Shown: positions 8,791-19,486 of the stretch, one piece after another
Position numbering within the stretch: the first letter of the stretch is position 1
Layout of the letters: every line of letters begins with the position of its first letter
Assembly: GCA_947378465.1 (NCBI GenBank)
Contig: CANCJZ010000001.1
Coordinates: forward strand, 1-43,953
DNA length: 43,953 bases
Direction: 5' to 3'
Source: Flavobacteriaceae bacterium
GTDB lineage: Bacteria > Bacteroidota > Bacteroidia > Flavobacteriales > Flavobacteriaceae
The notes under the pieces: model-generated
What the model was told of the DNA's origin: nothing
Database searches by the model: none
Seen by the model: the letters and a program-made list of their open reading frames with translations, nothing else
Translations under genes and position numbers: made by a program

Positions 8791-9057
8791 ACGTTTCAAT
8801 ATTTGAAAGTTTAAAATATTCTTTACGTATAGAAATGCAAATGTTTATAAGAATTATTTAGGTGGCCTATTTGAAAAGAAATAATAAGAAGAAATTCACA
8901 ACCAAAATCAATTTGAAAAGCATTTTCTGTCCAGAATTTAATGGTTTTTATTTTAAATAGTCTTATTACACCATCCAACCTATTAAACTAGTGCTTTTAC
9001 ATTCCAATTCTCGGTTCGAATGGCTATTTTCTATATCCTATCACCTAAATCCTAAAA

Positions 9058-9447
9058 CTACTTGTTAGGCTTAATCAAAATCGCTGCAGGAAATTTTAAT
9101 TTCAATTCATTTAAGCTTTTTTCTGCTTCAATGCGGGTCTTAAAATTACCCACCCAAACTTTATAGGCAGGAGTACTGAACACTATTGTGGCATCATAGT
9201 TTTTATACTCTTTTTTGAAATCAATTAATATCTTTTTAGAGTTCTCACTATTGCCGTTAAATATTTGGATTTTATATCTGTTGTTTACTGTAAGAGAAGA
9301 GTTTATGTTTCTTTTTTCATTTAATAATTGTTCGAATTTAGCGTCTTGACTTACACTAACATTTTGGGCGTTTAAAGAAGAAATTCCTATAAAAAACACT
9401 GATGTTTTTACTAATTTAAGGAATAATTTATTTGTTAAAACATTCAT
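9058..9447 (-). CDS. SPOR domain-containing protein
   Basis: Signal peptide; YKIQIFNG...YKVWVGNFKTRIEAEK pattern. Confidence 0.85.
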   Translation of the reverse strand: MNVLTNKLFLKLVKTSVFFIGISSLNAQNVSVSQDAKFEQLLNEKRNINSSLTVNNRYKIQIFNGNSENSKKILIDFKKEYKNYDATIVFSTPAYKVWVGNFKTRIEAEKSLNELKLKFPAAILIKPNK

Positions 9448-9505
9448 AATATATTGATTTTAATGCAAATGTAATACTTCCTTGAATATCCCTCAATAAA
9501 AAATT

Positions 9506-9524
9506 ATTTAGAATTAGTATAAAT
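9506..9524. promoter_or_regulatory. Putative Fur-type operator
   Basis: ATTTAGAAT-T-AGTATAAAT, a 9-1-9 imperfect palindrome (7/9 symmetric), in the divergent SPOR/act promoter region. Confidence 0.5.
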
Positions 9525-9548
9525 TGAATGTAAGGATAGAGATTAGGT

Positions 9549-9578
9549 TTTGATAATAGTTCTTAAATTGTATTTTTG
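9549..9578 (+). promoter_or_regulatory. Promoter of act-cox operon
   Basis: TTTG (9549-9552), 18-bp spacer, TATTTTTG (9571-9578). Confidence 0.6.
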
Positions 9579-9751
9579 TGCAAGTTTTAAAAGTGTATAG
9601 TTTGTTGCTATTGCTATATAATAGTAAGGAATGTACCGAATTTAGTAGAAAACCATTTTAATATTAGAAATTAGTTAAATGTATTTTTACAGATATATTT
9701 AGCGAATTCACCCGGAGAGCGGGATGACCTATTAAAAAATTAATAAATCAC

Positions 9752-11116
9752 ATGAAAAAAGTGGGTAACCATAATTCGATTTCAAGGAGTTTACTTTTTA
9801 GCTTAGCTTTAATGCTAACGTTTTCCTTAACTTCATTAGCACAAAATCCAGATTCAAAAACTCCAGCTCCAGCTACGGCTGCTGCTCCAGCTGCTGCCGC
9901 TGCAACCGCTCCGGCTACTGCATCTGCGGGTGGTGATGCTGCTAAGGGGAAAGAGCTTTTTAATACGAATTGTGCGGCATGTCACAAACTTGATGATAAA
10001 GCTACAGGTCCTGCCTTAAGAGGTGTGGCTGACAAGCACAGTATGGCTTGGATTTACAAATGGGTAAATAACAGTGCAGCACTTATTAAAGCTGGTGATG
10101 CTGAAGCGGTTAAAGTTTACGAAGCAAACAATAAAGTAAACATGACAGCTTTTCCTCAGTTATCTAACGCTGATATTGATAATATCATCGCTTATACTTC
10201 TGAGAAAAAACCTGATGCTAAAGCGGGTGGAGCAGTAAGTAAATTACCGGGTACTGAAGCTCAAGATAGTGGAATTTCTAATAATGTAATCCTTGGATTC
10301 TTAGTTACTATTATGTTGTTGTTAGTAGTAATGTTGTTCTTAGTATACAACATGCTAACAAAGGTAGCGGATGCTAAAGGAATCGAAATTTTGAAAAAAG
10401 ACCGTTCTTTTGGAGCGCTTTATAAAGCATTCGCTAAAAACCAATTCTTGGTGTTAGTGTCTTCAATCTTGTTATTGTTGGTGAGTGCTTTCTATTTCTA
10501 CACCTTTGTAATGCAAATTGGTGTTGATCAAGAATACTCTCCAGTTCAACCAATACATTTCTCTCACAGAATCCACGCTGGTAGTAATGGTATCAACTGT
10601 AAATACTGTCACTCCTCTGCACGTGTAAGTAAAAATGCTGGTGTACCATCATTAAACGTGTGTATGAACTGTCATAAAAACATCAGTCAAGTATCAGATA
10701 CAACTGCTACACCGGAACATTCAAAAGCATTTTATGACGGAGAAATCCAAAAATTATACAAAGCTGTGGGTTGGGATGGAACACTACAAAAATATACAGG
10801 AAAAACAGAGCCAGTGAAATGGGTTCGTATTCATAACTTACAAGATTTTGTTTACTTTAACCACTCACAACACGTTACTGTTGCTGGTTTAGAGTGTCAA
10901 AAATGTCACGGAGAAGTTCAAACTTATGAAGTTCAAAAACAATTTGCTCCATTGACAATGGGATGGTGTATCAACTGTCACCGTCAAACAGAAGTAAAAA
11001 TGGAAGGTAATGCTTACTATACTAAAATTCACGACGAACTTTCTAAAAAATACGGTGTACAGAAATTAACTGCTGCACAAATGGGAGGTTTAGAATGCGG
11101 TAAGTGTCACTATTAA
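9752..11116 (+). CDS. actA: Alternative complex III multiheme cytochrome c subunit A
   Basis: Six CxxCH motifs (CAACH, CKYCH, CMNCH, CQKCH, CINCH, CGKCH); operon context. Confidence 0.92.
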   Translation: MKKVGNHNSISRSLLFSLALMLTFSLTSLAQNPDSKTPAPATAAAPAAAAATAPATASAGGDAAKGKELFNTNCAACHKLDDKATGPALRGVADKHSMAWIYKWVNNSAALIKAGDAEAVKVYEANNKVNMTAFPQLSNADIDNIIAYTSEKKPDAKAGGAVSKLPGTEAQDSGISNNVILGFLVTIMLLLVVMLFLVYNMLTKVADAKGIEILKKDRSFGALYKAFAKNQFLVLVSSILLLLVSAFYFYTFVMQIGVDQEYSPVQPIHFSHRIHAGSNGINCKYCHSSARVSKNAGVPSLNVCMNCHKNISQVSDTTATPEHSKAFYDGEIQKLYKAVGWDGTLQKYTGKTEPVKWVRIHNLQDFVYFNHSQHVTVAGLECQKCHGEVQTYEVQKQFAPLTMGWCINCHRQTEVKMEGNAYYTKIHDELSKKYGVQKLTAAQMGGLECGKCHY

Positions 11117-11148
11117 TCGATTTATTAAGAAGCTAATATTTATATACA

Positions 11149-14100
11149 ATGTCATCAAACAAAAAATACTGGAAAAGTGTTGAGGAACTAAACGAGAATA
11201 GTTCTATTGTTGAGACGCTTAGAAATAACGAATTTGTGGAAGAAATTCCTACAGATCAATTTTTAGGAGACGAAGCGTCTTTGTCATCATCATCAACTAC
11301 TAGACGTGATTTTTTAAAGTATGTTGGGTTCACCACTGCTGCTGCAACTTTAGCCGCTTGTGAAGGACCAGTACATAAAACTATTCCTTATGTAGTTCAA
11401 CCAGATCAAATTATTCCTGGAGTTGCGGATTATTATGCAACTACTATGTTTGATGGTTTTGATTTTGCCAATCTTTTAATTAAAACTCGTGAAGGGCGAC
11501 CAATTAAAGTAGAAAACAATACTATTGCTGGAGCAAGATTTCTTGCCAATGCGAGAGTACACGCTTCTGTTTTGTCTCTTTACGACAGTATGAGATTGAA
11601 AAACCCTAAGATTGCAGGTAAAGATGCAACTTGGAATGAGGTAGAAAGCAAAATCAGATCCGCAGTTGCTGACGCTAAAGCAAAAGGTAAACAAGTTGTT
11701 TTACTTACAAATACTTTAGCAAGTCCATCTACTGAAAAATTAATAGCTGATTTCTTGGCTAAAAATCCTGGTGCTAAACATGTAATTTATGACGCTGTTT
11801 CTGAATCAGCTGCATTGGATGCATTTGAAGCAGTTTATGGTGAAAGAGCCTTAGTAGATTATGATTTTTCTAAAGCAAGTACTATTGTTGCCTTGAATGC
11901 AGACTTCTTAGGAGACTGGCAAGGAGGTAGCTTTGATGCTGGTTATGCTAAAGGAAGAATTCCTCAAAATGGTAAAATGTCTAAACATTTCCAATTTGAA
12001 GCAAATATGACTTTATCTGGTGCTGCTGCCGATAGAAGAGTTGCAATGTCAGTTGCAAGTCAAAAGCAAGCATTAGTAAAAATATACAATGTAGTTACTG
12101 GGTCTTCAATTGCAACGGGTAAAGTTGAAAATGAAGCTGAAGTAATGAAAGCTGCAAAACAATTAAAAGATGCGGGTACTAAAGGTTTATTAGTATCAGG
12201 TATTCAAGATAAAAATGCCCAGTTATTAGTATTAGCAATCAACCAAGTGTTGAAAAGCGAAGCTGCTGTTGCCTCTGGTGCAAGACAAATCAGAAAAGGT
12301 TCTAACGAAAAAGTGGCTCAATTAATTGCTGATATGAATGCAGGTAGCGTTCATACTTTAATTATGAGTGGTGTTAATCCAGTATATACTTTAGCAAATT
12401 CTAAAGCATTTGTGGATGGATTAAACAAAGTGCCAGTATCAGTTGCTTTCTCTTTAAGAGAAGACGAAACTGTAGAGAAATCTAAAGTTGCTGCTGCTGT
12501 TCCTCACTATTTAGAGTCTTGGAATGATCACAGTTTGACTAAAGGAACTTATTCTTTGGTTCAACCTACAATCCGTCCATTATTCAAAACTAAACAATTC
12601 CAAGAGGTATTGATGGCTTTGAATGGTATTCCGGGTTCTTATTATGATTATTTAAAAGCCAATTCGGCTGCATATATTTCAGGTTCTTCTTGGAATCAAG
12701 TAGTTCATGACGGTGTATTCGCTGCGGGAGCTGTTGCTTCAGTAGGAGGTACTGCAGATTACGCTTCAGCTGCTAATGCTTTAGCTGCTACAAAAGCAAA
12801 TGCAGGTTTCGAATTGAACTTATATACAAAAACAGGTTTAGGAGATGGTCAACAAGCAAACAACCCTTGGTTACAAGAGTTTCCAGATCCAATCACTAGA
12901 GTTTCTTGGGATAACTATTTAACAGTTTCTAATGCAGATGCTAAAAAGTTACAATTAGAAAACTCAATCGTTGCTAATGGTGGATTGAATGGTAGTTATG
13001 CTACTATTAAATTAGGTGCTATTACAATGAAAGTTCCAGTAATTGTTCAACCAGGACAAGCTGTTGGAACAGTAGGTTTAGCTTTAGGATATGGTCGTAA
13101 AGCAGCTTTAAAAGAAGAAATGCAAGTAGGTGTTAATGCTTACTCATTATATAATGGATTTAATGATGTTCAAATTGTTGATGTAACTAAGGCTGAAGGT
13201 GAGCATGAATTTGCTTGTGTTCAATCGCAAAAAACATTAATGGGTAGAGGTGACATCGTTAAAGAAACTACCTTAACTATTTTCAATACTGCTAAAGACT
13301 CTCAAGAATGGAATGAAGCTCCTATGGTATCTTTAGATCACAAAGAAGTAGAAGCTACTAAAGTAGATTTATGGGAGTCATTTGATCGTTCCGTTGGACA
13401 TCACTTTAACTTATCAATCGACTTGAATGCTTGTACAGGATGTGGTGCTTGTGTAATTGCATGTCACGCTGAAAATAATGTTCCTGTTGTAGGTAAATCT
13501 GAGGTAAGAAGAAGTCGTGATATGCATTGGTTGCGTATTGATAGATATTATTCTTCTCAAGATACATTTGCAGAAGACAACGAGAAAAAAGAAAACTTCG
13601 ACGGTTTATTTGGTGAAAAAGGATCATTGGGTGGATTTGGTCAAATGGAGCATCCTGCTGACAACCCACAAGTGGTATTCCAACCAATCATGTGTCAACA
13701 TTGTAACCATGCACCATGTGAAACAGTATGTCCAGTAGCAGCTACTTCACACGGTCGTCAAGGACAAAACCAAATGGCTTATAACCGTTGTGTAGGTACT
13801 CGTTACTGTGCAAATAACTGTCCTTATAAAGTTCGTCGTTTCAACTGGTTCTTGTACAACAACAATGACGAGTTTGATTATCATATGAATGATGATTTAG
13901 GTCGTATGGTAGTTAATCCTGACGTGAATGTACGTTCTCGTGGGGTTATGGAAAAATGTTCAATGTGTATTCAAAAAACACAGTTGACTATTTTAACTGC
14001 AAAACGTGAAGGTAGAGAAGTAGCGGTGAATGAATTTGCTACAGCTTGTTCTAGTGCATGTACTACAGGAGCTATGCAGTTTGGAGATGTGAACAACAAA

Positions 14101-14208
14101 GAAAACAAAATTGCAAGCTTGGCAGAAGACAAGAGAGCATACCATTTGTTAGAGCATGTTGGAACAAAACCAAATGTGGTTTATCAAGTTAAAGTTAGAA
14201 ATATATAA
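11149..14208 (+). CDS. actB: ACIII subunit B (TAT-exported molybdopterin oxidoreductase-like plus Fe-S domain)
   Basis: TRRDFLK TAT motif, LAAC lipobox, CTGCGACVIAC, CQHCNHAPCETVCP, CVGTRYCANNCP. Confidence 0.95.
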   Translation: MSSNKKYWKSVEELNENSSIVETLRNNEFVEEIPTDQFLGDEASLSSSSTTRRDFLKYVGFTTAAATLAACEGPVHKTIPYVVQPDQIIPGVADYYATTMFDGFDFANLLIKTREGRPIKVENNTIAGARFLANARVHASVLSLYDSMRLKNPKIAGKDATWNEVESKIRSAVADAKAKGKQVVLLTNTLASPSTEKLIADFLAKNPGAKHVIYDAVSESAALDAFEAVYGERALVDYDFSKASTIVALNADFLGDWQGGSFDAGYAKGRIPQNGKMSKHFQFEANMTLSGAAADRRVAMSVASQKQALVKIYNVVTGSSIATGKVENEAEVMKAAKQLKDAGTKGLLVSGIQDKNAQLLVLAINQVLKSEAAVASGARQIRKGSNEKVAQLIADMNAGSVHTLIMSGVNPVYTLANSKAFVDGLNKVPVSVAFSLREDETVEKSKVAAAVPHYLESWNDHSLTKGTYSLVQPTIRPLFKTKQFQEVLMALNGIPGSYYDYLKANSAAYISGSSWNQVVHDGVFAAGAVASVGGTADYASAANALAATKANAGFELNLYTKTGLGDGQQANNPWLQEFPDPITRVSWDNYLTVSNADAKKLQLENSIVANGGLNGSYATIKLGAITMKVPVIVQPGQAVGTVGLALGYGRKAALKEEMQVGVNAYSLYNGFNDVQIVDVTKAEGEHEFACVQSQKTLMGRGDIVKETTLTIFNTAKDSQEWNEAPMVSLDHKEVEATKVDLWESFDRSVGHHFNLSIDLNACTGCGACVIACHAENNVPVVGKSEVRRSRDMHWLRIDRYYSSQDTFAEDNEKKENFDGLFGEKGSLGGFGQMEHPADNPQVVFQPIMCQHCNHAPCETVCPVAATSHGRQGQNQMAYNRCVGTRYCANNCPYKVRRFNWFLYNNNDEFDYHMNDDLGRMVVNPDVNVRSRGVMEKCSMCIQKTQLTILTAKREGREVAVNEFATACSSACTTGAMQFGDVNNKENKIASLAEDKRAYHLLEHVGTKPNVVYQVKVRNI

Positions 14209-14235
14209 ATTAATTAAGAAACAATATAAAGGATT

Positions 14236-15645
14236 ATGTCGTCTCATTACGAAGCACCCATTAGAAAACCTTTAGTTATCGGTGATAAAAGTTATCATGA
14301 TGTAACTATAGACGTAGCTGCACCTGTTGAAGGAAGAGCAAACAAACAGTGGTGGACTGTATTTTCTATCGCATTAGCAGCTTTCCTTTGGGGAATAGGT
14401 TGTATTATATATACCATTTCAACAGGTATCGGTTCTTGGGGTTTGAATAAAACCGTAGGATGGGCTTGGGATATCACCAACTTCGTTTGGTGGGTAGGTA
14501 TTGGTCACGCAGGAACTCTTATTTCTGCAGTACTTTTATTATTCCGTCAAAAATGGAGAATGGCAATTAACCGTTCTGCAGAAGCGATGACTATCTTCTC
14601 TGTAGTTCAAGCAGGATTGTTCCCAATCATTCACATGGGTCGTCCATGGTTAGCGTACTGGGTAGTGCCTATCCCGAATCAATTTGGTTCGTTATGGGTT
14701 AACTTTAACTCACCATTGTTATGGGACGTATTCGCAATTTCTACGTATTTATCGGTATCATTAGTTTTCTGGTGGACTGGTTTACTTCCTGACTTTGCAA
14801 TGTTACGTGATAGAGCAGTAACACCTTTCACTAAAAGAGTATATTCTATTCTAAGTTTTGGATGGAGCGGTAGAGCTAAAGATTGGCAACGTTTCGAAGA
14901 AGTATCATTGGTATTAGCTGGTTTAGCTACACCACTTGTACTTTCGGTTCACACGATTGTATCTTTTGACTTTGCTACTTCGGTAATCCCTGGATGGCAT
15001 ACTACCATCTTCCCTCCATACTTCGTTGCTGGAGCGGTATTCTCAGGATTCGCAATGGTAAACACCTTGCTGATCATTATGAGAAAAGTTTCTAACCTTG
15101 AAGCATACATTACTTTACAACATATCGAATTGATGAACATCGTAATCATGATTACTGGTTCTATCGTTGGGGTTGCCTATATTACGGAGTTATTCGTAGC
15201 ATGGTATTCAGGAGTAGAGTATGAGCAATATGCTTTCTTGAACAGAGCAACTGGACCTTACGCTTGGGCTTATTGGTCGATGATGACTTGTAACGTTTTC
15301 TCTCCACAGTTCATGTGGTTTAAAAAACTAAGAACAAGTATTATGTTCTCTTTCATTATCTCGATCGTGGTTAACATCGGTATGTGGTTTGAGCGTTTCG
15401 TGATTATCGTTACTTCATTACACAGAGATTATTTACCATCATCTTGGACTATGTTCTCTCCTACCTTTGTAGATATCGGTATTTATATCGGAACAATTGG
15501 ATTCTTCTTCGTATTATTCTTATTGTACGCTAGATCATTCCCAGTTATTGCACAAGCAGAGGTTAAAACAATTTTAAAATCTTCTGGTGAGTATTATAAA
15601 AAACAAAGAGAAGCAGAAGGTCATAATCATTCAGAAAAACATTAA
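14236..15645 (+). CDS. actC: ACIII subunit C (NrfD family quinol-binding membrane protein)
   Basis: FVWWVGIGHAGTLISA, HMGRPW, SPLLWDV. Confidence 0.95.
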   Translation: MSSHYEAPIRKPLVIGDKSYHDVTIDVAAPVEGRANKQWWTVFSIALAAFLWGIGCIIYTISTGIGSWGLNKTVGWAWDITNFVWWVGIGHAGTLISAVLLLFRQKWRMAINRSAEAMTIFSVVQAGLFPIIHMGRPWLAYWVVPIPNQFGSLWVNFNSPLLWDVFAISTYLSVSLVFWWTGLLPDFAMLRDRAVTPFTKRVYSILSFGWSGRAKDWQRFEEVSLVLAGLATPLVLSVHTIVSFDFATSVIPGWHTTIFPPYFVAGAVFSGFAMVNTLLIIMRKVSNLEAYITLQHIELMNIVIMITGSIVGVAYITELFVAWYSGVEYEQYAFLNRATGPYAWAYWSMMTCNVFSPQFMWFKKLRTSIMFSFIISIVVNIGMWFERFVIIVTSLHRDYLPSSWTMFSPTFVDIGIYIGTIGFFFVLFLLYARSFPVIAQAEVKTILKSSGEYYKKQREAEGHNHSEKH

Positions 15646-15653
15646 TATTTGTT

Positions 15654-16181
15654 ATGAGTAGTAATAAAGTAATACACGCTATATATAATGATGATGATAT
15701 ATTAATGGATGCTGTAAAGCAAACACGTAAAGCACATCATCATATTGAAGAAGTTTTTACTCCATTTCCTGTTCACGGATTGGATAAAGCGATGGGATTG
15801 GCACCAACTCGATTAGCAATATGCGCCTTTATTTATGGTTGTATTGGTCTATCGGTTGCAACGACTATGATGGATTACATCATGATTCAAGATTGGCCAC
15901 AAGACATCGGGGGTAAACCAAGTTTTAGTTATATCCAAAACATGCCGGCTTTCGTGCCTGTAATGTTTGAGATGACTGTATTTTTTGCAGCTCACTTAAT
16001 GGTAATTACTTTTTATATGAGAAGTAGATTATGGCCATTTAAAGAAGCGGAAAATCCAGATGTAAGAACTACAGATGATCACTTCCTAATGGAAGTTGCT
16101 GTTGACAATAATGAGGCTGAGCTTACTTCTTTTTTACAAAGTACCGGTGCCATTGAAGTAAAAGTAATTGAAAAGCATTAA
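15654..16181 (+). CDS. actD: ACIII subunit D (DUF3341)
   Basis: TPFPVHGLD, IGGKP, PVMFEMTV; operon order. Confidence 0.92.
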   Translation: MSSNKVIHAIYNDDDILMDAVKQTRKAHHHIEEVFTPFPVHGLDKAMGLAPTRLAICAFIYGCIGLSVATTMMDYIMIQDWPQDIGGKPSFSYIQNMPAFVPVMFEMTVFFAAHLMVITFYMRSRLWPFKEAENPDVRTTDDHFLMEVAVDNNEAELTSFLQSTGAIEVKVIEKH

Positions 16182-16187
16182 TTAGAT

Positions 16188-16754
16188 ATGAAAAGTTTAT
16201 TTAAAATAGCGCTAGTATTAGGCATCGTAATTTCGGTTTCGTCTTGTAGAGACAAATCTAAACCTAATTATCAGTATATGCCAAACATGTATGAATCGGT
16301 TGCTTACGAAACCTATTCAGAATCTAAAGCTTTCAATTCGCCTAATGCAATTGCTGAAAACGGAAAAGAAGGTCAATTACCACCTGCAGGGACTATCAAA
16401 AGAGGGTATACTCCTTATGAGCAACCTAATACACCTGAAGCATTAGTAGCTATTAAAGCGGCTAATCCTGCTTCGCCTCTTGAAGGAACTAAAGTAGATA
16501 TGGATAAAGCGAAAGAGTTATTTGAAATCTATTGTGCAATCTGTCATGGAACGGCTGGAGATGGTAAAGGTAAATTAGTAAAACAAGAAAAGTTTTTAGG
16601 TGTTCCTAACTATAAAGATAGAGACATCAATAAAGCAAGTGTATTTCACGTGATAACTTATGGTTTAAATTCTATGGGTTCTCATGCTAATCAATTAAGT
16701 GCAAACGAAAGATGGTTAGTAGCGGAATACGTTCTTAAACTTAAAAACGAATAA
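16188..16754 (+). CDS. actE: ACIII subunit E, monoheme cytochrome c lipoprotein
   Basis: Lipobox VSSC; YMPNMY; CAICH. Confidence 0.92.
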   Translation: MKSLFKIALVLGIVISVSSCRDKSKPNYQYMPNMYESVAYETYSESKAFNSPNAIAENGKEGQLPPAGTIKRGYTPYEQPNTPEALVAIKAANPASPLEGTKVDMDKAKELFEIYCAICHGTAGDGKGKLVKQEKFLGVPNYKDRDINKASVFHVITYGLNSMGSHANQLSANERWLVAEYVLKLKNE

Positions 16755-16787
16755 TAGTAATAGTTGTTTAAACAGATTGTTATAGAT

Positions 16788-18278
16788 ATGTACACATTTT
16801 CAAAAAAATTAAAAACCACTGCTTTAATTCTGATGATTCTCGGAATAATTGGAATTGCCTATGGTTTTTTCTCTACTCCAAAAACCATTGAAGACGTAGA
16901 AAAAATAGTTGCTGCTAGTCATCATGGAGGTAATCATGCTGAATCAGCTGAACATAAAAGCGAGGTAAAAGAAGCTGTTACTCCAGTTGTTAATCACGAA
17001 AATGATCCAATAAAAAATGAAGTTGTAGCTACTGATTCATTAGCTAAAACGGAAACAGCGGTAGATACTGCTAAGGCGGCTCCAGTTGCTGAAACTCACG
17101 AAGCTCCTAAAGCGGAAAATCCTGAGGTTGCTGCTGAAGAAGCTCATAAAGAGCACCAAGCTCACTTAGAGCATGTGTTGAAACAATTACAAAACAAGCC
17201 ATGGGCGGCGTTATATGTTGCTTGTATCTTCTTTTTGTTAATATCAATGGGTGTTTTAGCATTTTATGCTATCCAACAAGTTGCACAAGCAGGATGGTCA
17301 CCAGTATTATTTAGAGTAATGCAAGGGATTACGGCTTATTTGCCAGTTGCTTCTGTAATTTTCTTCTTGTTATTAATCTTATCAGGAATGCATTTTAATC
17401 ATTTGTTTGCTTGGATGGAAGAAGGGGTAACCGATCCTAAGAGTGCTCATTATGATGCTATGATTGCTGGTAAATCAGGATATTTAAACTTTGCTTTCTG
17501 GATCGCTAGAGCAGCTATCTTCTTATTGGGATGGAATGTGTATAGACATTTATCTAGAAAAAACTGTTTAGCTCAAGACGACGCTACAGACAATACGTTC
17601 TACAAAAAGAATTTCAAAATGTCTGCTGCATTCTTAGTATTCTTTATCGTATCTGAGTCTATTATGGCTTGGGATTGGATTATGTCTGTTGACCCACACT
17701 GGTTCAGTACATTATTCGGATGGTATGTATTTGCTTCATTCTTTGTAAGTGGTATTACTACTATTTCAATGGTAACGATTTACTTAAAATCAAAAGGTTA
17801 TTTAGAAAATGTAAATACAAGTCACCTACACGATTTATCAAAATTCATGTTTGGTATCAGTGTATTCTGGACTTACTTATGGTTCTCACAATTTATGTTG
17901 ATTTGGTATTCCAACATTCCAGAAGAGGTAACTTACTTCAAAACTAGAATTGAAAACTATAATATTACGTTCTTTGGAGCTGTATTTTTAAACTTTGTAT
18001 TTCCTATTTTAGTATTAATCAATACTGATTTCAAACGTATTGCTCCTATTGTTGTAGGTGCAGGTGTTGTAATCTTGTTTGGACACTATATTGATTTCTT
18101 CAATATGATTATGCCAGCAACGGTAGGTGACCAATGGTTTATTGGAGTATCTGAAATCGCATCCATATTATTCTTCTTAGGTTTGTTTATTTACGTTGTG
18201 TTCACTGCTTTAACCAAAGCACCATTAACACCAAAACGCAATCCATTCATTGAAGAAAGTAAACATTTTCATTATTAA
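16788..18278 (+). CDS. actF: ACIII subunit F, membrane protein
   Basis: DWIMSVDPHWFSTLFG; YLWFSQFMLIWYSNIPEE. Start set at ATG 16788. Confidence 0.92.
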   Translation: MYTFSKKLKTTALILMILGIIGIAYGFFSTPKTIEDVEKIVAASHHGGNHAESAEHKSEVKEAVTPVVNHENDPIKNEVVATDSLAKTETAVDTAKAAPVAETHEAPKAENPEVAAEEAHKEHQAHLEHVLKQLQNKPWAALYVACIFFLLISMGVLAFYAIQQVAQAGWSPVLFRVMQGITAYLPVASVIFFLLLILSGMHFNHLFAWMEEGVTDPKSAHYDAMIAGKSGYLNFAFWIARAAIFLLGWNVYRHLSRKNCLAQDDATDNTFYKKNFKMSAAFLVFFIVSESIMAWDWIMSVDPHWFSTLFGWYVFASFFVSGITTISMVTIYLKSKGYLENVNTSHLHDLSKFMFGISVFWTYLWFSQFMLIWYSNIPEEVTYFKTRIENYNITFFGAVFLNFVFPILVLINTDFKRIAPIVVGAGVVILFGHYIDFFNMIMPATVGDQWFIGVSEIASILFFLGLFIYVVFTALTKAPLTPKRNPFIEESKHFHY

Positions 18279-18298
18279 TATTTAAATAAAACAAACAA

Positions 18299-19468
18299 AT
18301 GACAGGTTTATTGATACTTCTTGTTTTAGTGTTACTATCGGTTGCTTTATGGCAACTAACCAAAATCTTTGATTTAACTCAAATGGGTCAATCGGGTGCT
18401 GAAACTCAGATTGCCAATGATAATGATAATAAAGTTAATGGTTACTTAATGTTTGGTTTCCTTGCGTTCATATATGTTTTTACAATATATGGTCTTTGGA
18501 AATGGGGAGGTTTAGTACTTGGTAAACCCGCTTCTGAACACGGTCCTGAGTATGATAATTTGATGACAATCTCGATGTGTTTGATCTTTTTCGTTCAAAC
18601 CGTTACTCAAGCCTTATTGCACTATTTTGCTTTTAAATACAGAGGGAAACAAGGTCAAAAAGCATTATACTATGCTGATAACAACAAATTAGAGTTTATT
18701 TGGAGTTCTGTTCCTGCAATCGTTTTAGCGGTATTGATTTTTTACGGATTGTACGCTTGGACTGATATTATGTTTGTTGAGCAAGATAAAGATACTGTAG
18801 TTATTGAATTATATGCAAAACAATTCTCTTGGGAAGCACGTTACGCTGGACAAGATGGTGTGTTAGGTAAAGCTAACGTTCGTTACATTGAAGGAGCGAA
18901 TACTTTAGGAGTTGACTTAGCGGATCCAAATGCTCAAGATGATAAAGTGGTTACTGAATTGCACATCCCTAAAGGGAAAAGAGTAATTTTCAAATTACGT
19001 TCACAAGATGTTCTTCACTCCGCTTATATGCCTCACTTTAGAGCACAAATGAACTGTGTTCCTGGTATGGTAACTCAATTTTCATTCATTCCTACAGTTA
19101 CTACTGCTGAAATGAGAGAAGATGAAGCAATCAAATCTAAAGTAGCCAACATCAACTCTCTTCGTGAGAAAAAAAGTGCTGAGTTAGTTGCTGAAGGTAA
19201 AACAGCTTTAGATCCTTATACTTTTGACTACCTTTTATTATGTAATAAAATCTGTGGTGCTTCTCACTATAACATGCAAATGAAAATTGTAGTAGATACT
19301 CCAGAAGAATTTCAAAAATGGTTAAAAGACAAACCAACTTTAGTATCTGCTGTTAAAACGGCTGCTGCTGGAGAAAAAGGTAAAGAAGAAGGAACTACTC
19401 CTGGTACTAAAGATACAACAGCTGTAAAAAATGATACTGCAGTAGTTGCTAAAGTTGAATCAAAATAA
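18299..19468 (+). CDS. coxB: Cytochrome c oxidase subunit II
   Basis: SQDVLHS and CNKICGASHYNM CuA ligands. Confidence 0.93.
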   Translation: MTGLLILLVLVLLSVALWQLTKIFDLTQMGQSGAETQIANDNDNKVNGYLMFGFLAFIYVFTIYGLWKWGGLVLGKPASEHGPEYDNLMTISMCLIFFVQTVTQALLHYFAFKYRGKQGQKALYYADNNKLEFIWSSVPAIVLAVLIFYGLYAWTDIMFVEQDKDTVVIELYAKQFSWEARYAGQDGVLGKANVRYIEGANTLGVDLADPNAQDDKVVTELHIPKGKRVIFKLRSQDVLHSAYMPHFRAQMNCVPGMVTQFSFIPTVTTAEMREDEAIKSKVANINSLREKKSAELVAEGKTALDPYTFDYLLLCNKICGASHYNMQMKIVVDTPEEFQKWLKDKPTLVSAVKTAAAGEKGKEEGTTPGTKDTTAVKNDTAVVAKVESK

Positions 19469-19486
19469 TAAAATAATTACACTTAT

